Source: Elusimicrobiota bacterium
Lineage (GTDB): Bacteria; Elusimicrobiota; Endomicrobiia; Endomicrobiales; JBDRNC01
DNA length: 64,000 nucleotides
NCBI GenBank assembly: GCA_043811535.1
Contig: JBDRNC010000012.1
Coordinates: 32,001 to 96,000, forward strand
Direction: 5' to 3'
A model generated the notes under the pieces. The model worked only from the letters and a program-made list of their open reading frames with translations, searched no databases and had not been told where the DNA came from. A program made the translations under genes and the position numbers. Shown here piece after piece: positions 48,492-58,600 of the stretch; positions within the stretch are counted from its first letter, which is position 1, and each line of letters starts with the position of its first letter.

Positions 48492-48621
48492 TTTACCCCG
48501 TTAGAGATAGGCCGCCTTGAGGCGGCCACGCTTCATTATAATATCAGGATGCCAAATAACTTTTCTAAACTTTCGGCACAGTCGCAGTTAAAAACAGCCT
48601 TTGTATCTCTAACGGGGTAAA
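48492..48621. mobile_element. 130-bp MITE with 18-bp perfect terminal inverted repeats
   Basis: TTTACCCCGTTAGAGATA ... TATCTCTAACGGGGTAAA; internal GGCCGCC/GGCGGCC hairpin. Confidence 0.75.
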
Positions 48622-48632
48622 TCGGTTACATT

Positions 48633-48661
48633 ATTATAATATAATAAGCGGATGAAATCAA
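48633..48661 (-). promoter_or_regulatory. Sigma70-type promoter of the lacI-ABC operon
   Basis: TTGATT-17 bp-TATAAT, immediately followed by operator-like TGTAACCGATTTAC. Confidence 0.65.
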
Positions 48662-48779
48662 TAATAAAATGAATATAATGGTTAAACGGTTAAATGACTG
48701 ATTAACTACATGGCTATATGGTTAAATTGCTAAATTGCCAAAAGTCGTTAGCCATGCGACCATTTAGCCGTTTAGCCAT

Positions 48780-51275
48780 TTATTCTTTTCTAAACGGTTT
48801 CCACTCATAAGGAATGTGTGGGCCTATCTCCACTGGCCGCATCCATATCCCGCCGTCCCCGGAAAGATCGATTACTTTCACGGCGATCACGTTATCCTCT
48901 CCGGGATTCAACAGTTTCACGTCAATGTTATATATCCTTTCGGCGTCCCAACCGGAATGGTTACCTACTCTTGCCCCGTTCAGATAGGTCTCGTCCCTGT
49001 CGTCTATTCCGCCTATGTGAAGCGTGATCCTTTGGCCTTTCCAGGAATCAATCATTTCCTGCGTGACCGTAAAATGCTTGCGGTACCAGCCGGTTCCGTC
49101 GAATTGTTTTACAAGCTGGTTTTCCCATTTATCCGGAACGCATACTTTCTGCCATAAGGAATCATCAAAGTCCCGTTTGGAAAATTCCTTCCTGTCTGAT
49201 ATATTAAGAAACCAGTCGTTCCCTGAAAGATCCAGCGGAAGGACTTTCGCGGTCGCTCTCGGCTCGTCTTTGAAACCGATCTTCTTGAAAGCGGCCTGAA
49301 TGTAGCGGTTTTTCATCATGTACTTCCATACAAGCCCCGTCCTGTGGTTTTCTATGGAGAGCACGAAAGGCCCCTGATCTATGCCTATATTGTCGCCGCA
49401 AAACCAGTTTTTCTCGATATTGTACGAATCAACAAAACCGTATTTACCCCAGATCTTGTCGCGCCACGTGTCGTACATGTACCGCAGGGCTTTAAGCGAC
49501 AGCATGGGAGTGAACGCGAACGATCCGCCCGGCGCGGTAACCGCGATCGTGCCGTCCTCGCCGGGAGGTCCCGGGGGCGCGGCGAACGGATTATATCCGT
49601 TTGGATAATCGCAGGCCGTAAAACCCCAGCTGTTCGGCCCGTAGCCCTTTCTTTTATCCATTAGCTCTATGGCATACTGCCTGTTCGCGAGCGTTTCATT
49701 GACGGATATCTCAAAATGGTTTCCCCAGCCGTCGTTTTTATCGCGGAAATCCAGCCAGCAGTGTGGATACTGATAGCCAAAAAGCGGGCCTGTCTGGGAG
49801 ACACACTCAAAACCTTTGTACGCGCCTTTCGCCTTTGAAATATCATACCATGACGATTTGTCTATATTCGCCTTTGGATGCCCGAGTTCCAGGATATTCA
49901 GCAGGAGCCCTTCGCAGTAGCGGTTCCATGAATCGCCGTTATTCCAGTTGGTCTCGGGGCTCCACCCCATCGCGCAGAATTTTCCTCCTGATGTTGACGG
50001 CACGGTCGAATTGTGCGCCCAGCGCCAGTTCACCCGCAGGTAAATATCTTCCGCGATCTTTTCTATTTCGGTCCCTTTGAAATATTCCATTGTAAACACA
50101 ACACCCGCCAGAAACAGCGACGTATCTACGGTTGAAAGCTCGCAGTTCCAGGCCCTTTCGCCGGTAGTAATGTCCACAAAATGAAAGAAAAACCCTTCAA
50201 CGTTCTTTGTTTTGTCGCGGTGGAACTTGAGCGTGTTCATGACGCGCTCGTACGCCTGCTCGTAAGTTATCCACCCGCGCGAGTGGGCAATGCAGACAGC
50301 CGTGAGCATGAACCCCGCGGAAGCGTTGCTCGCGACAACGTGTCCCGTGGTTTCGAAACAGCGCCCGCGGTCAAGCGTGAGTCCGTTGTCGGGATTGGCT
50401 TCGAACCAGAAGAAAAGAAAAGCCCTCTGCTGGACCATATCCATGAACTCTTCATCGGTCATGCCCTTGCTGTCGGGAGGATCGTTCTTGGCGGCCTCGA
50501 TGAGCATGTCGCTCACCGCCTTCAAGTCCTCCTCGGTCCTCTTAAAAGACCTTATGATTTGAGTTATCGGAGGGTTTCCCTTGTAGACGAGTTTCCCGGA
50601 GGATAAATCCTTTTCCGCCGCGGGGACCGCCGGCGTCGCGGATTTCGCCGGAGCGTCAGTCTTAGAAAGACCGACTTCTCCGGATTTTTTATCCGTCTTT
50701 TTTGCGGATTTAGTCTTTATTCCATAGAATTCCAGTTCGTCAAAAAACAGGTAGCCTGGCGGGGACAGCGATGAAAAAATAACGGAAAACTCCCGGACGG
50801 AGGAAGAATTTATTCCGGTCTTGGCGTCCAAAGGCACTTCTATTTTCTGCCACAGGTTGTCGTGTATCTTTACGGGATGCGTATAAACGTTCTGCGAAGC
50901 GTCTTTCAAGGCAATAAGAAAATTCTCCTTTCCCAAAACGCCTTTTACCCAGACAGCGGCACGGGTGATACCGATGCCTTCAATATCGGACAGCGCCAGT
51001 TTCCATTCGGCGCTTCCAGAGCCGGAAGACCTGAATGTTATAAGCAGCGAACCGCTGCCCTCATGTATATTTTCCCCGCTGGACTCGTATACTTTCCCCG
51101 TGACAAGCGACCCTGGCTCGGTGTTGACGGATGATATCCCGTCCACGGAAGCCGGATTGTTAAAATCAAACTTTAAAACGGGCTCAGCGCCCGGTAGGGC
51201 CCACGCGGACGAAAACAGCAGCGAAATCGCGAACAGGATCCCGATGCTGTTTTGTTTGTTTAATTTTATCGGCAT
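48780..51275 (-). CDS. GH144-like endo-beta-1,2-glucanase (DUF3131/'glucoamylase' family) with N-terminal CBM-like and C-terminal jelly-roll domains
   Basis: QRAFLFFW..ANPDNGL..DR, GFFFHF, ELSTVDT, MGWSPE, GPLF..QY, DGTIA, GKYGF.DS.N, GIDQG...IEN.RTG. Confidence 0.82.
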   Translation of the reverse strand: MPIKLNKQNSIGILFAISLLFSSAWALPGAEPVLKFDFNNPASVDGISSVNTEPGSLVTGKVYESSGENIHEGSGSLLITFRSSGSGSAEWKLALSDIEGIGITRAAVWVKGVLGKENFLIALKDASQNVYTHPVKIHDNLWQKIEVPLDAKTGINSSSVREFSVIFSSLSPPGYLFFDELEFYGIKTKSAKKTDKKSGEVGLSKTDAPAKSATPAVPAAEKDLSSGKLVYKGNPPITQIIRSFKRTEEDLKAVSDMLIEAAKNDPPDSKGMTDEEFMDMVQQRAFLFFWFEANPDNGLTLDRGRCFETTGHVVASNASAGFMLTAVCIAHSRGWITYEQAYERVMNTLKFHRDKTKNVEGFFFHFVDITTGERAWNCELSTVDTSLFLAGVVFTMEYFKGTEIEKIAEDIYLRVNWRWAHNSTVPSTSGGKFCAMGWSPETNWNNGDSWNRYCEGLLLNILELGHPKANIDKSSWYDISKAKGAYKGFECVSQTGPLFGYQYPHCWLDFRDKNDGWGNHFEISVNETLANRQYAIELMDKRKGYGPNSWGFTACDYPNGYNPFAAPPGPPGEDGTIAVTAPGGSFAFTPMLSLKALRYMYDTWRDKIWGKYGFVDSYNIEKNWFCGDNIGIDQGPFVLSIENHRTGLVWKYMMKNRYIQAAFKKIGFKDEPRATAKVLPLDLSGNDWFLNISDRKEFSKRDFDDSLWQKVCVPDKWENQLVKQFDGTGWYRKHFTVTQEMIDSWKGQRITLHIGGIDDRDETYLNGARVGNHSGWDAERIYNIDVKLLNPGEDNVIAVKVIDLSGDGGIWMRPVEIGPHIPYEWKPFRKE

Positions 51276-51328
51276 TAATAGCCTTTCTTTATTATTCGCT
51301 AAGTCCTAAGCGCTATTCAACAGTCCGT

Positions 51329-54310
51329 TTAATACTTTATCGTTACTGTTTTAGCCGCTGGCGGAAGATCGACTGATCTCGGATTGAATGTATCAATTTT
51401 AGCCCCGTCGACTTCAACGCCAAGTATAGTCAAACCTTCGGGCAAATTCAACACATATCCGCCTTTGGGCGGACTTTTCAGGTCAATAACGGTTTTGATT
51501 TGTCTGTTTTTGCCGTCCGTGGTAACTTCAAGGTTCAACATCCCGAAATATGTCGGGGCATTCTTCACGCTTATTTTCTTGCCGTTCTCAAGCCACGTCT
51601 TGGGAATGCAGCCCAGCAGAATCAGCTTGTCGAATTCCTCCCTGAACACCATGTTTCTGAGCAGGTGAATGTAATACGCGGCTGTCCATCCGTGAGGTGA
51701 GTCTCCTATGACGACGCCGTCGGCGATTTCCCTCAGGCCCTTGCTGTTTATGCGCGTGTACATCCCTTCGCACCAGCCGCCCGGGCAATTCTGGTTTTTC
51801 ACGCTCCATTCAATATTTTTCAGAGTAACGTCTTCCATGTCCAGGTACATCATCGGGATCGCCAGCTGCACGTTGTATCCCCAGAAAAACCCCTCATACT
51901 CCACGTACCAGGCGCCGTCGTATCCCGAAAACTTGCCGGCGCGTTCCCAGTACTTTTTGTAGGTATTCCTGAAAAGATCCATCGGGATTTGAATACCGAG
52001 CGACAACCCCGGAAAAATCGCGGAACGGTGCGCCCAGGCCATCTGCGTGTCGCCGAGAATTCTATGCTCGGCATCTACTATATGCATGTTTTTCGGCCAG
52101 TAATCCGCAAAACCCGTCATGAAATCCAGCTTTTCCTGCGCCATGACTTTTCTTGCGCTGTCGAGCGTGCACTTCAGCAGGCTTTCATATTCGGACGCCA
52201 CCCATCCGGCGTTTGCCGCGCCTATTATTTTCGCGGCATCCGCGGTAGCCTTCAGCCCCATAATCGCCCACCAGTCGTCAACGTAGAGGTACGCGTGGTG
52301 GTTCCAGTTGTCCTGGCTCTGGCTTTTCGGCATCAGCCCGTAGAACGCGGTGTTCTTGAATTCAGGCGTCATTTGCCTCGCGCGCAGCTGTCTTATGTAT
52401 TCGCAGCCGGTAAGCATCATCGGGAAAACCCTGCGCAGATAATTGACGTCCTTCGTTACCCGGTAATGCTCGTACCAGCCGAATACAGCGCCGCCAAGTT
52501 CGTCTCCGTATCTATCTTCGTCGGGCCCCGCGAACGCCTTCACGCCGAAATGGTTTGACGCGCGCGCCGCGAGATCGTGCAACCCTGCCTTATCCAGCGC
52601 CCCGACCATTTCTATGGCATCATGCTGGAAATATGATTTGTAGCTATATGAGCCCGGGCACATCAGCGCGTCGCCCTTCATCATTATGAGGAGGTAATAC
52701 AGCGACGAATAGAAACAATCGGAATAAACTTTATCAGGGACCTCAAATTCCATGGAAGTTCTGTTTTTCCAGAAATTTTCCGTCTCCGCAAGGTTGGTTT
52801 TGTAGTCAAGCTGGGAGAACGTCTGCGCGCTCATCTCGCCCGGTTCGTTCGAGGCCGCGAGGAAATCATAGGACCTTTCCTGGCCCGGTTTCAGCGTGAA
52901 TTTATATACGGCCACCGCTCCCAGCTCGTTATTGTTGTTTATAGGAATGTTTACCCCGCTTTCCAGCGTCTTAAGGGATACCAGCCGGCCGATCCATGTT
53001 TCAAGCTTGTACCCGGAAACCGGTTTTTCCTTAAGATAGAGCGCCGACTTGCCGTTTACCCTGATCATGTTCGCGCCGTCGTAAACCACGTTGTTTAAGC
53101 TGGCGTTCCATTTTCCGGCGAGAGGGCTTCTCCTGATGACAAGATACAGGCACAGTTCCCTGTCGGCATTTCCCGTGTTCTTTACGGTCACCCTGCTGAA
53201 TGTGATCAGCCTGTTCAGCGCCTTTATTTTTTTCGCGAAAACCGTTGACTCCGACTTTATGCCATTCTGCTCCCATTCCACGACGGATACCGGCAGCCTG
53301 CCTTCTTTTAGTTTCCAATCCGTCTGCATGGTTTCGGGCGTGTAGACCTGTTTTTCCTTCTCGTCGCCGATCCAGAAACTCACCTGGTACGGGTACTGTT
53401 CAGGCGTGAAAGTCCCGTCGCAGCCCACGAACGTCACCCACTCATAGCATTCATCGCCTACTACGGATCTCTTCATATCCAACCCGCTTCTCATTGATAA
53501 CTCCTTCCAGTCCTTGAAACTGATCTCCGCTATTGAATAACCCTTCCCTTTATTGCTTTTCTTGAATTCAAGCTTCAGAAATCTTGCGCCGACCATATTC
53601 GCGGAAACAGTCTCGGCCCCGCCTTTTCCGTTCTTCTGGTCATACGCGGCGCGCCAGGTCTTTCCATCATTTGAAACCTGCATAAGATACGCGGTTGGAT
53701 AGTCCGCGCCCCACGCGACGTTCACCGCCGCGCATGACAGGCCCTTTTTGAAAGCAAGCTGCAGGAAAGCGCCTGCGGATTCCGGGATATTGGCGGAGGT
53801 TTTGGAGTTGCCGTCAAAGATATTCTCGGCGATGCCTTTCAGTTCGCCGGAAGTTGTTATGCTGATTTCGTCTTCCGGGCCTTTCAAAGACACTTCCCAG
53901 AACGAATATCCCCATGGAGTGCCCCTCTCCCTAAGCACTAATTTAATATACCTGCATGTCCTCTTGCCGAAATAAATGTCGTCAATAGAACCGTCCCCGT
54001 TGTCCGTTGAATAGACCTTTGTCCAGTTGGCATTATTCTGCGACACAAGGATATCATAGGATTTACCGAAAGCCGTCTCCCAATGCAGAGTAAGGCCGAC
54101 TATCTCGCGGGAGGACTGAAGGTCTATAAGGAGCCATTGCGGGTCGCTGAAGACACTGGACCATCTTGTCTGCATGTTGCCGTCAACCGCCTGTTGAGGC
54201 GTCACGCCGGCTTCTTGATTTGACGAGGCGGTTGCAATAACGGCGCGGCCGGATGAAGGAAACATTGCTGAAAACAGCGCGGCAAGAAACAAAACCATTG
54301 TCTTTTTCAT
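51329..54310 (-). CDS. Two discoidin domains plus (alpha/alpha)6 glycoside hydrolase-like protein (paralog of 31818-34562)
   Basis: Two F5/8C domains; YVDDWW; GDSPHGW; PTYFG. Confidence 0.75.
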   Translation of the reverse strand: MKKTMVLFLAALFSAMFPSSGRAVIATASSNQEAGVTPQQAVDGNMQTRWSSVFSDPQWLLIDLQSSREIVGLTLHWETAFGKSYDILVSQNNANWTKVYSTDNGDGSIDDIYFGKRTCRYIKLVLRERGTPWGYSFWEVSLKGPEDEISITTSGELKGIAENIFDGNSKTSANIPESAGAFLQLAFKKGLSCAAVNVAWGADYPTAYLMQVSNDGKTWRAAYDQKNGKGGAETVSANMVGARFLKLEFKKSNKGKGYSIAEISFKDWKELSMRSGLDMKRSVVGDECYEWVTFVGCDGTFTPEQYPYQVSFWIGDEKEKQVYTPETMQTDWKLKEGRLPVSVVEWEQNGIKSESTVFAKKIKALNRLITFSRVTVKNTGNADRELCLYLVIRRSPLAGKWNASLNNVVYDGANMIRVNGKSALYLKEKPVSGYKLETWIGRLVSLKTLESGVNIPINNNNELGAVAVYKFTLKPGQERSYDFLAASNEPGEMSAQTFSQLDYKTNLAETENFWKNRTSMEFEVPDKVYSDCFYSSLYYLLIMMKGDALMCPGSYSYKSYFQHDAIEMVGALDKAGLHDLAARASNHFGVKAFAGPDEDRYGDELGGAVFGWYEHYRVTKDVNYLRRVFPMMLTGCEYIRQLRARQMTPEFKNTAFYGLMPKSQSQDNWNHHAYLYVDDWWAIMGLKATADAAKIIGAANAGWVASEYESLLKCTLDSARKVMAQEKLDFMTGFADYWPKNMHIVDAEHRILGDTQMAWAHRSAIFPGLSLGIQIPMDLFRNTYKKYWERAGKFSGYDGAWYVEYEGFFWGYNVQLAIPMMYLDMEDVTLKNIEWSVKNQNCPGGWCEGMYTRINSKGLREIADGVVIGDSPHGWTAAYYIHLLRNMVFREEFDKLILLGCIPKTWLENGKKISVKNAPTYFGMLNLEVTTDGKNRQIKTVIDLKSPPKGGYVLNLPEGLTILGVEVDGAKIDTFNPRSVDLPPAAKTVTIKY

Positions 54311-54353
54311 CCCGTATAGACCTCTCTTATTTTAGATTTAGTAATATCTTTCA

Positions 54354-54463
54354 GTGATGCTCCTCCCCGAAAGAGTCTGGGAGGCTTTTTAATAACGCAG
54401 CCTACTGCGACATCATTATGCATTCATCCCCCGACGGAAGTCGGGGGATTTCATGTCGCATGT
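54354..54463 (-). mobile_element. Non-autonomous IS200/IS605-type element (PATE)
   Basis: Minus strand: TTGAT|...AATCCCCCGAC-TTCC-GTCGGGGGATGAATG (left-end-like) ... AAGCCTCCC...GGGGAGGAGCATCAC (right-end-like, ending TCAC). No ORF. Confidence 0.7.
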
Positions 54464-54658
54464 ATCAACAATATTCTCATTATGTGTTATCTTTCCCTTA
54501 AACCCGCAAGGTCTTACGGGATTTCATACCTCAAAGTCTTTCATGTCATACCTCTTCAGTTGCCGTTATAGGAATAATTCATATAGGTAAGCGATTAACT
54601 TAACCGTCACGCACTTTCCCTTTTTTTGTTTTCCCGCCTGCAAGAGAGCTTTTTAGTT

Positions 54659-55615
54659 TTAGAACTGGAATCCGAGACTGATACGGTGAGAGCCCGAGGT
54701 CCCCTCTACATAGAAAGGCATCGAGAACGAATAGTGCGTATCTATGGCGTACAATGGATTTCCATAGATATCGGTGCGGCCTATATTGAATATGTAAGAG
54801 AAACCCAGCGAGAATTCATTTTTATTGGCGCCCAGCCTTCCTGCCATAGTGTAGTCCATGAACCAAATTTCCCCTCCAAGATATACGTTGGAATCGTTAT
54901 TCCTCACGGCCAAGTCAAGGTCCATAAGAAGTATATCCGCAGGATTATCCATCTTGAAACTACCGGCCACGCCGATCCTTGATTCCATCGGCACGGGATC
55001 TACGGCCTCGTAGCCGACGTCCGGCTGGTTCAGATTCTTGACGCACAACCCGGTAAATATCTCTTCGCTCCATTTCTTGTAAAGTCCGATATCGGCCGCA
55101 AAAGCGCTCTTGCTGTTCCCGTTGGCAAAAACGGGATCGTCTATCGTTCTGATATCCAGAGTCACCGCGCGCCCGAGGCTCTTCAGGTTAAGCCCTGCGT
55201 TCATGAATTTGAAATCGTACGCGTACGTGAGCATGACGGTGCTTTCCTGATAAAGGTCAACGGTGTTAAACAGCGAGTAAGTCGCCGCCAGAGCCCCTGC
55301 CTTTCTCAACGGCATGACATATGTCGCGAACGACATGCTCATGTTAACTCCGCTCAGGTCAAGGTATGGTTTTGAATATGTAAGAAGAATGGAGTTCCTT
55401 TCAAGATTCGCTATGCCGGCAGGGTTGTACCAGACGGAATTAGCGTCGTCGCATATCGCGGTGAACGCCCCTCCCATGCCTATCGGCCGCGCCAGGAACC
55501 CGGGATCCTTGAAAGCGGCGAAGGCAGACGGAAGACCGAAGACGGAAGCAAGAAGCAGGCAAAGACCTGCCTTCCGCAAAACATCGATGGTAATTTTAAA
55601 ATGTTTTCTTTTCAT
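54659..55615 (-). CDS. PorP/SprF-like (PorV superfamily) outer-membrane beta-barrel
   Basis: ARPIGMGGAFTA..NPAG; KNLNQP motif; GSHRISLGFQF. Confidence 0.8.
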   Translation of the reverse strand: MKRKHFKITIDVLRKAGLCLLLASVFGLPSAFAAFKDPGFLARPIGMGGAFTAICDDANSVWYNPAGIANLERNSILLTYSKPYLDLSGVNMSMSFATYVMPLRKAGALAATYSLFNTVDLYQESTVMLTYAYDFKFMNAGLNLKSLGRAVTLDIRTIDDPVFANGNSKSAFAADIGLYKKWSEEIFTGLCVKNLNQPDVGYEAVDPVPMESRIGVAGSFKMDNPADILLMDLDLAVRNNDSNVYLGGEIWFMDYTMAGRLGANKNEFSLGFSYIFNIGRTDIYGNPLYAIDTHYSFSMPFYVEGTSGSHRISLGFQF

Positions 55616-55648
55616 TTTTCTTCCGTCTTCCAACTTCCTTCTTCCATC

Positions 55649-58600
55649 TTATTTTATTATCAAAATCGTTCCGCTTACAGTCTCGTTACCCGTCTTTATC
55701 TGATAAATGTAGACGCCGCTCTCGACTATCTCGTCGTCTTCGTCCTTCCCGTCCCAAATATTAACGCCGTCCTTGAGCTCCCGCACCTTGGCACCGTTCA
55801 CGTCGAAAATGTTTATCTTCACATTGTCGCCGCTGACGCCGAACTGGCAGAAGTCGTTCTTGCCCGGCGAACCGGCCGGCGTAAGTATCCTTTCTTTCGC
55901 GCGGTAATCGTCAGCCGTGAGCGATTTTATCGGGAACACGGCGTATTTGGAGAGATGCATTATTTTCGCCGTAACGGTCTTATTGGTTATATCCACTTTT
56001 CCGCCTATCAGCCTCCATTCATAATTGTCCCACCAGAACACGCGCATAAACCTTTCGTCCTTGCCGGACGAGTCCTCATAGCCGTCTTTGTCGGTTTCCA
56101 TGTAAAGGAGCGTAAGCGTGACCGGCTTCTTGAATGTCACGTCCTTGCCCTTGGTGCTCCCGTCGTCATCCTTGAAATCGTAAACCGTTGAAGGGTAAAC
56201 GCTGTTAGCCGGCGCATTGCCCCTGGGCACATCGGAATCGTCCCTGTTATTCTGGACTATGATAAGGTTTATATTGTCTTTCAGCGCGCCGGCGGGGATA
56301 TCAATGCTGGTATTCCCGTCATCCGGATTCCCGTCGTCAACCAATAGCTTGCCTGACGAGAAGTTATCTGACTTCGTTATCTGGCTTACCGAGAATATCC
56401 CCGTTGAACTCCACGAAGTATAGCCCCACTGGTTAACCGCCGTCAGGTAATACCGTATCGTGCAGTTCCCGGCAACCAGGTCATTGAAGTCGGCGGTGTA
56501 AATAGTTGAAGTTGCTGTCAGCGTCTGCGCGGCCTTGGACTGGCTGCCTATCCAATAAGTAAGCGTTACAGACGATAGTTCGCTCTCGATGTCTATGATT
56601 TCAGAGACCAACAGTATCTTATTACCTATCATTCCTATATTCGCCGGAGGCGATTTTAGAATAGTTATGACCGGGGCGGTGTTGTCAACTGAAGACAATG
56701 CTATCGCATTCCTTTCAGCTATGTGAGTGCCTGAACTCCCTGTTCCGTCATGGTCCCGAACCGTTATCCTGGCCGTCGCGCTTCCGACCGCGGCCGGCGG
56801 TATATTTATGGCAACGAAACAGTAGAACGACTGGGCCGGAGAGAGGGCGACGGTATTTGCCACTACAGTGAATTCATCTTCGGTATGCAAGCTGTTGTGA
56901 TTCGTATCGCTGGTTATCCACACGTTCCACGCGTTTCCGGCAACCGTTGTAACCGACAGCGAGAAAATATCCGGAACGTTGCCGTCGTTTCGGAAAGTAT
57001 ACGCAAAATAGGCGGTCGCACCGGGATTCAAGTTCTGCGTTGCCTGAGACGGCTCGTGCGTGCATGTGACAGCGTATACTGTTGAGACTTCCATAACGAA
57101 ATCGTCCGTTATAGTATCGTCAACAGAACTGGCACTTGGATTCACGGGCCAGTTATCGGTATTCCCGTCGCCGTAGTTGGTCTTAGCAGTAACCCTCATC
57201 GTCGTGGGCTGGCCGCCTACCGCGTCAGAAGGAACAATCACCTTAACAAGGAACGGGAATGTACAGTTCGGCTGAAGTCCGGATGTGCTGAAAACCTCAA
57301 AATCCGTTCCCGCGTCATAAGAGCCGTTATTATTCCTGTCCCACAAAATTGAACTCGAGTATGCCTGTCCCGAATCAACGCTCGGAGTAAGGGAGATATT
57401 GTCGCCAAGGTTTCCGTTGTTCACCAGTTTGTACGCGAAATAGTAGTCGCCTGCGGCCGACACGGAAAGATCGGAAGGAACCGATGAAAAACTTGCCGCA
57501 TAGCATGTTGACACCCTCACGTTCATTTCGCTAAATGTCGTTGAAGAGCCCTGCTGGTCCCAGTACACAAAAGAATCACCGGGGCAGTCCGCCGTATTCG
57601 CCGTCCACTTGTCACCGCCCGATATAACCAGCGAGTTTGCCGGCGCCTGCGGCAGATTGAGCAGTTTAACATCATCAATGTATATCCTGCCGGATGAATC
57701 ATTGCCCTTGCTCGTCTCGGCTATCCATTTTATTTCTTTTACCACAAAGTCAAGGTTCGGTTCGCTGCGCCTGAAAGCCTCAAAAGGTATTATTACATTC
57801 TGCCACACGCTTGTACCCGTAGTTAAATAATCCTGCAACTGTACATAACCTGTCTCGTTGCCTGACGCGTCCTGATCCTGTATCTGAACGTTTAGGTCCG
57901 TATTCGCGTTAGGCGTGTATATCCAGAACGAAATGGCGTTGTAAGTTGATATGTCTACTGCCATGCCGTTCAAACCGCCGCCGCCCCAGTCGGGGTCCGT
58001 ATAGTTCCACCTGAGCTCCAGAGAGTACCCGGACGCAGGCGAGTGGTTTAATGTTGAATATTCTGCAAATGGATTCCCCCATATTCCGCCGCCTATATCT
58101 ATAGGATTGCTGCCGGAATCAAAATTCGCCACCGTCTCCTCAACGTTGTTGCCGTTTCCGTTTTTTATCTTCACCGTATAGGATACGGAATTGCTCGTCC
58201 CGCCGCCTACCGAAGCGTCCACCCACCTGACCTTCGTCGCTGTCGCGTCCCACCCGTCCTGCCACGCGCTCCCTACGTAAAACTGATTGGAATCCGCGTA
58301 CCCGGCGCCCGGGTCAGCGTCAAACTCCGTGTTGAACGGTATCGCTTCCGTTATCAGCATGCCTGTGCCCGCTGTATCGCCTATATTAGGATACGATATA
58401 GTGTATGTTATCTTGTCGCCCGGCTCTGATACGCGTCCGTTTGCTATCGTGTCCACTGCCGCCGAACTCCGCGCCACAGATATCGATACGCCCGATACCG
58501 CGTTAGATGCTATAGCCACGAATGAATCGGTTATCGTGTCATCGTCAGCCCCGGACGGCCATGAATCATTCGCGCCTGAGCCGTTATGGTCCTTAGCCGT

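Noticed and set aside
48464..48529. N-terminal extensions of LacI, and likewise of DinB (24591-24650) and the PorP-like protein (55616-55633)
   Set aside because: These are translations of MITE or periodic-repeat DNA; better starts lie downstream.
54503..54520. Hairpin CCCGCAAG/CTTACGGG as a riboswitch
   Set aside because: It is a single short stem with no recognisable aptamer consensus.
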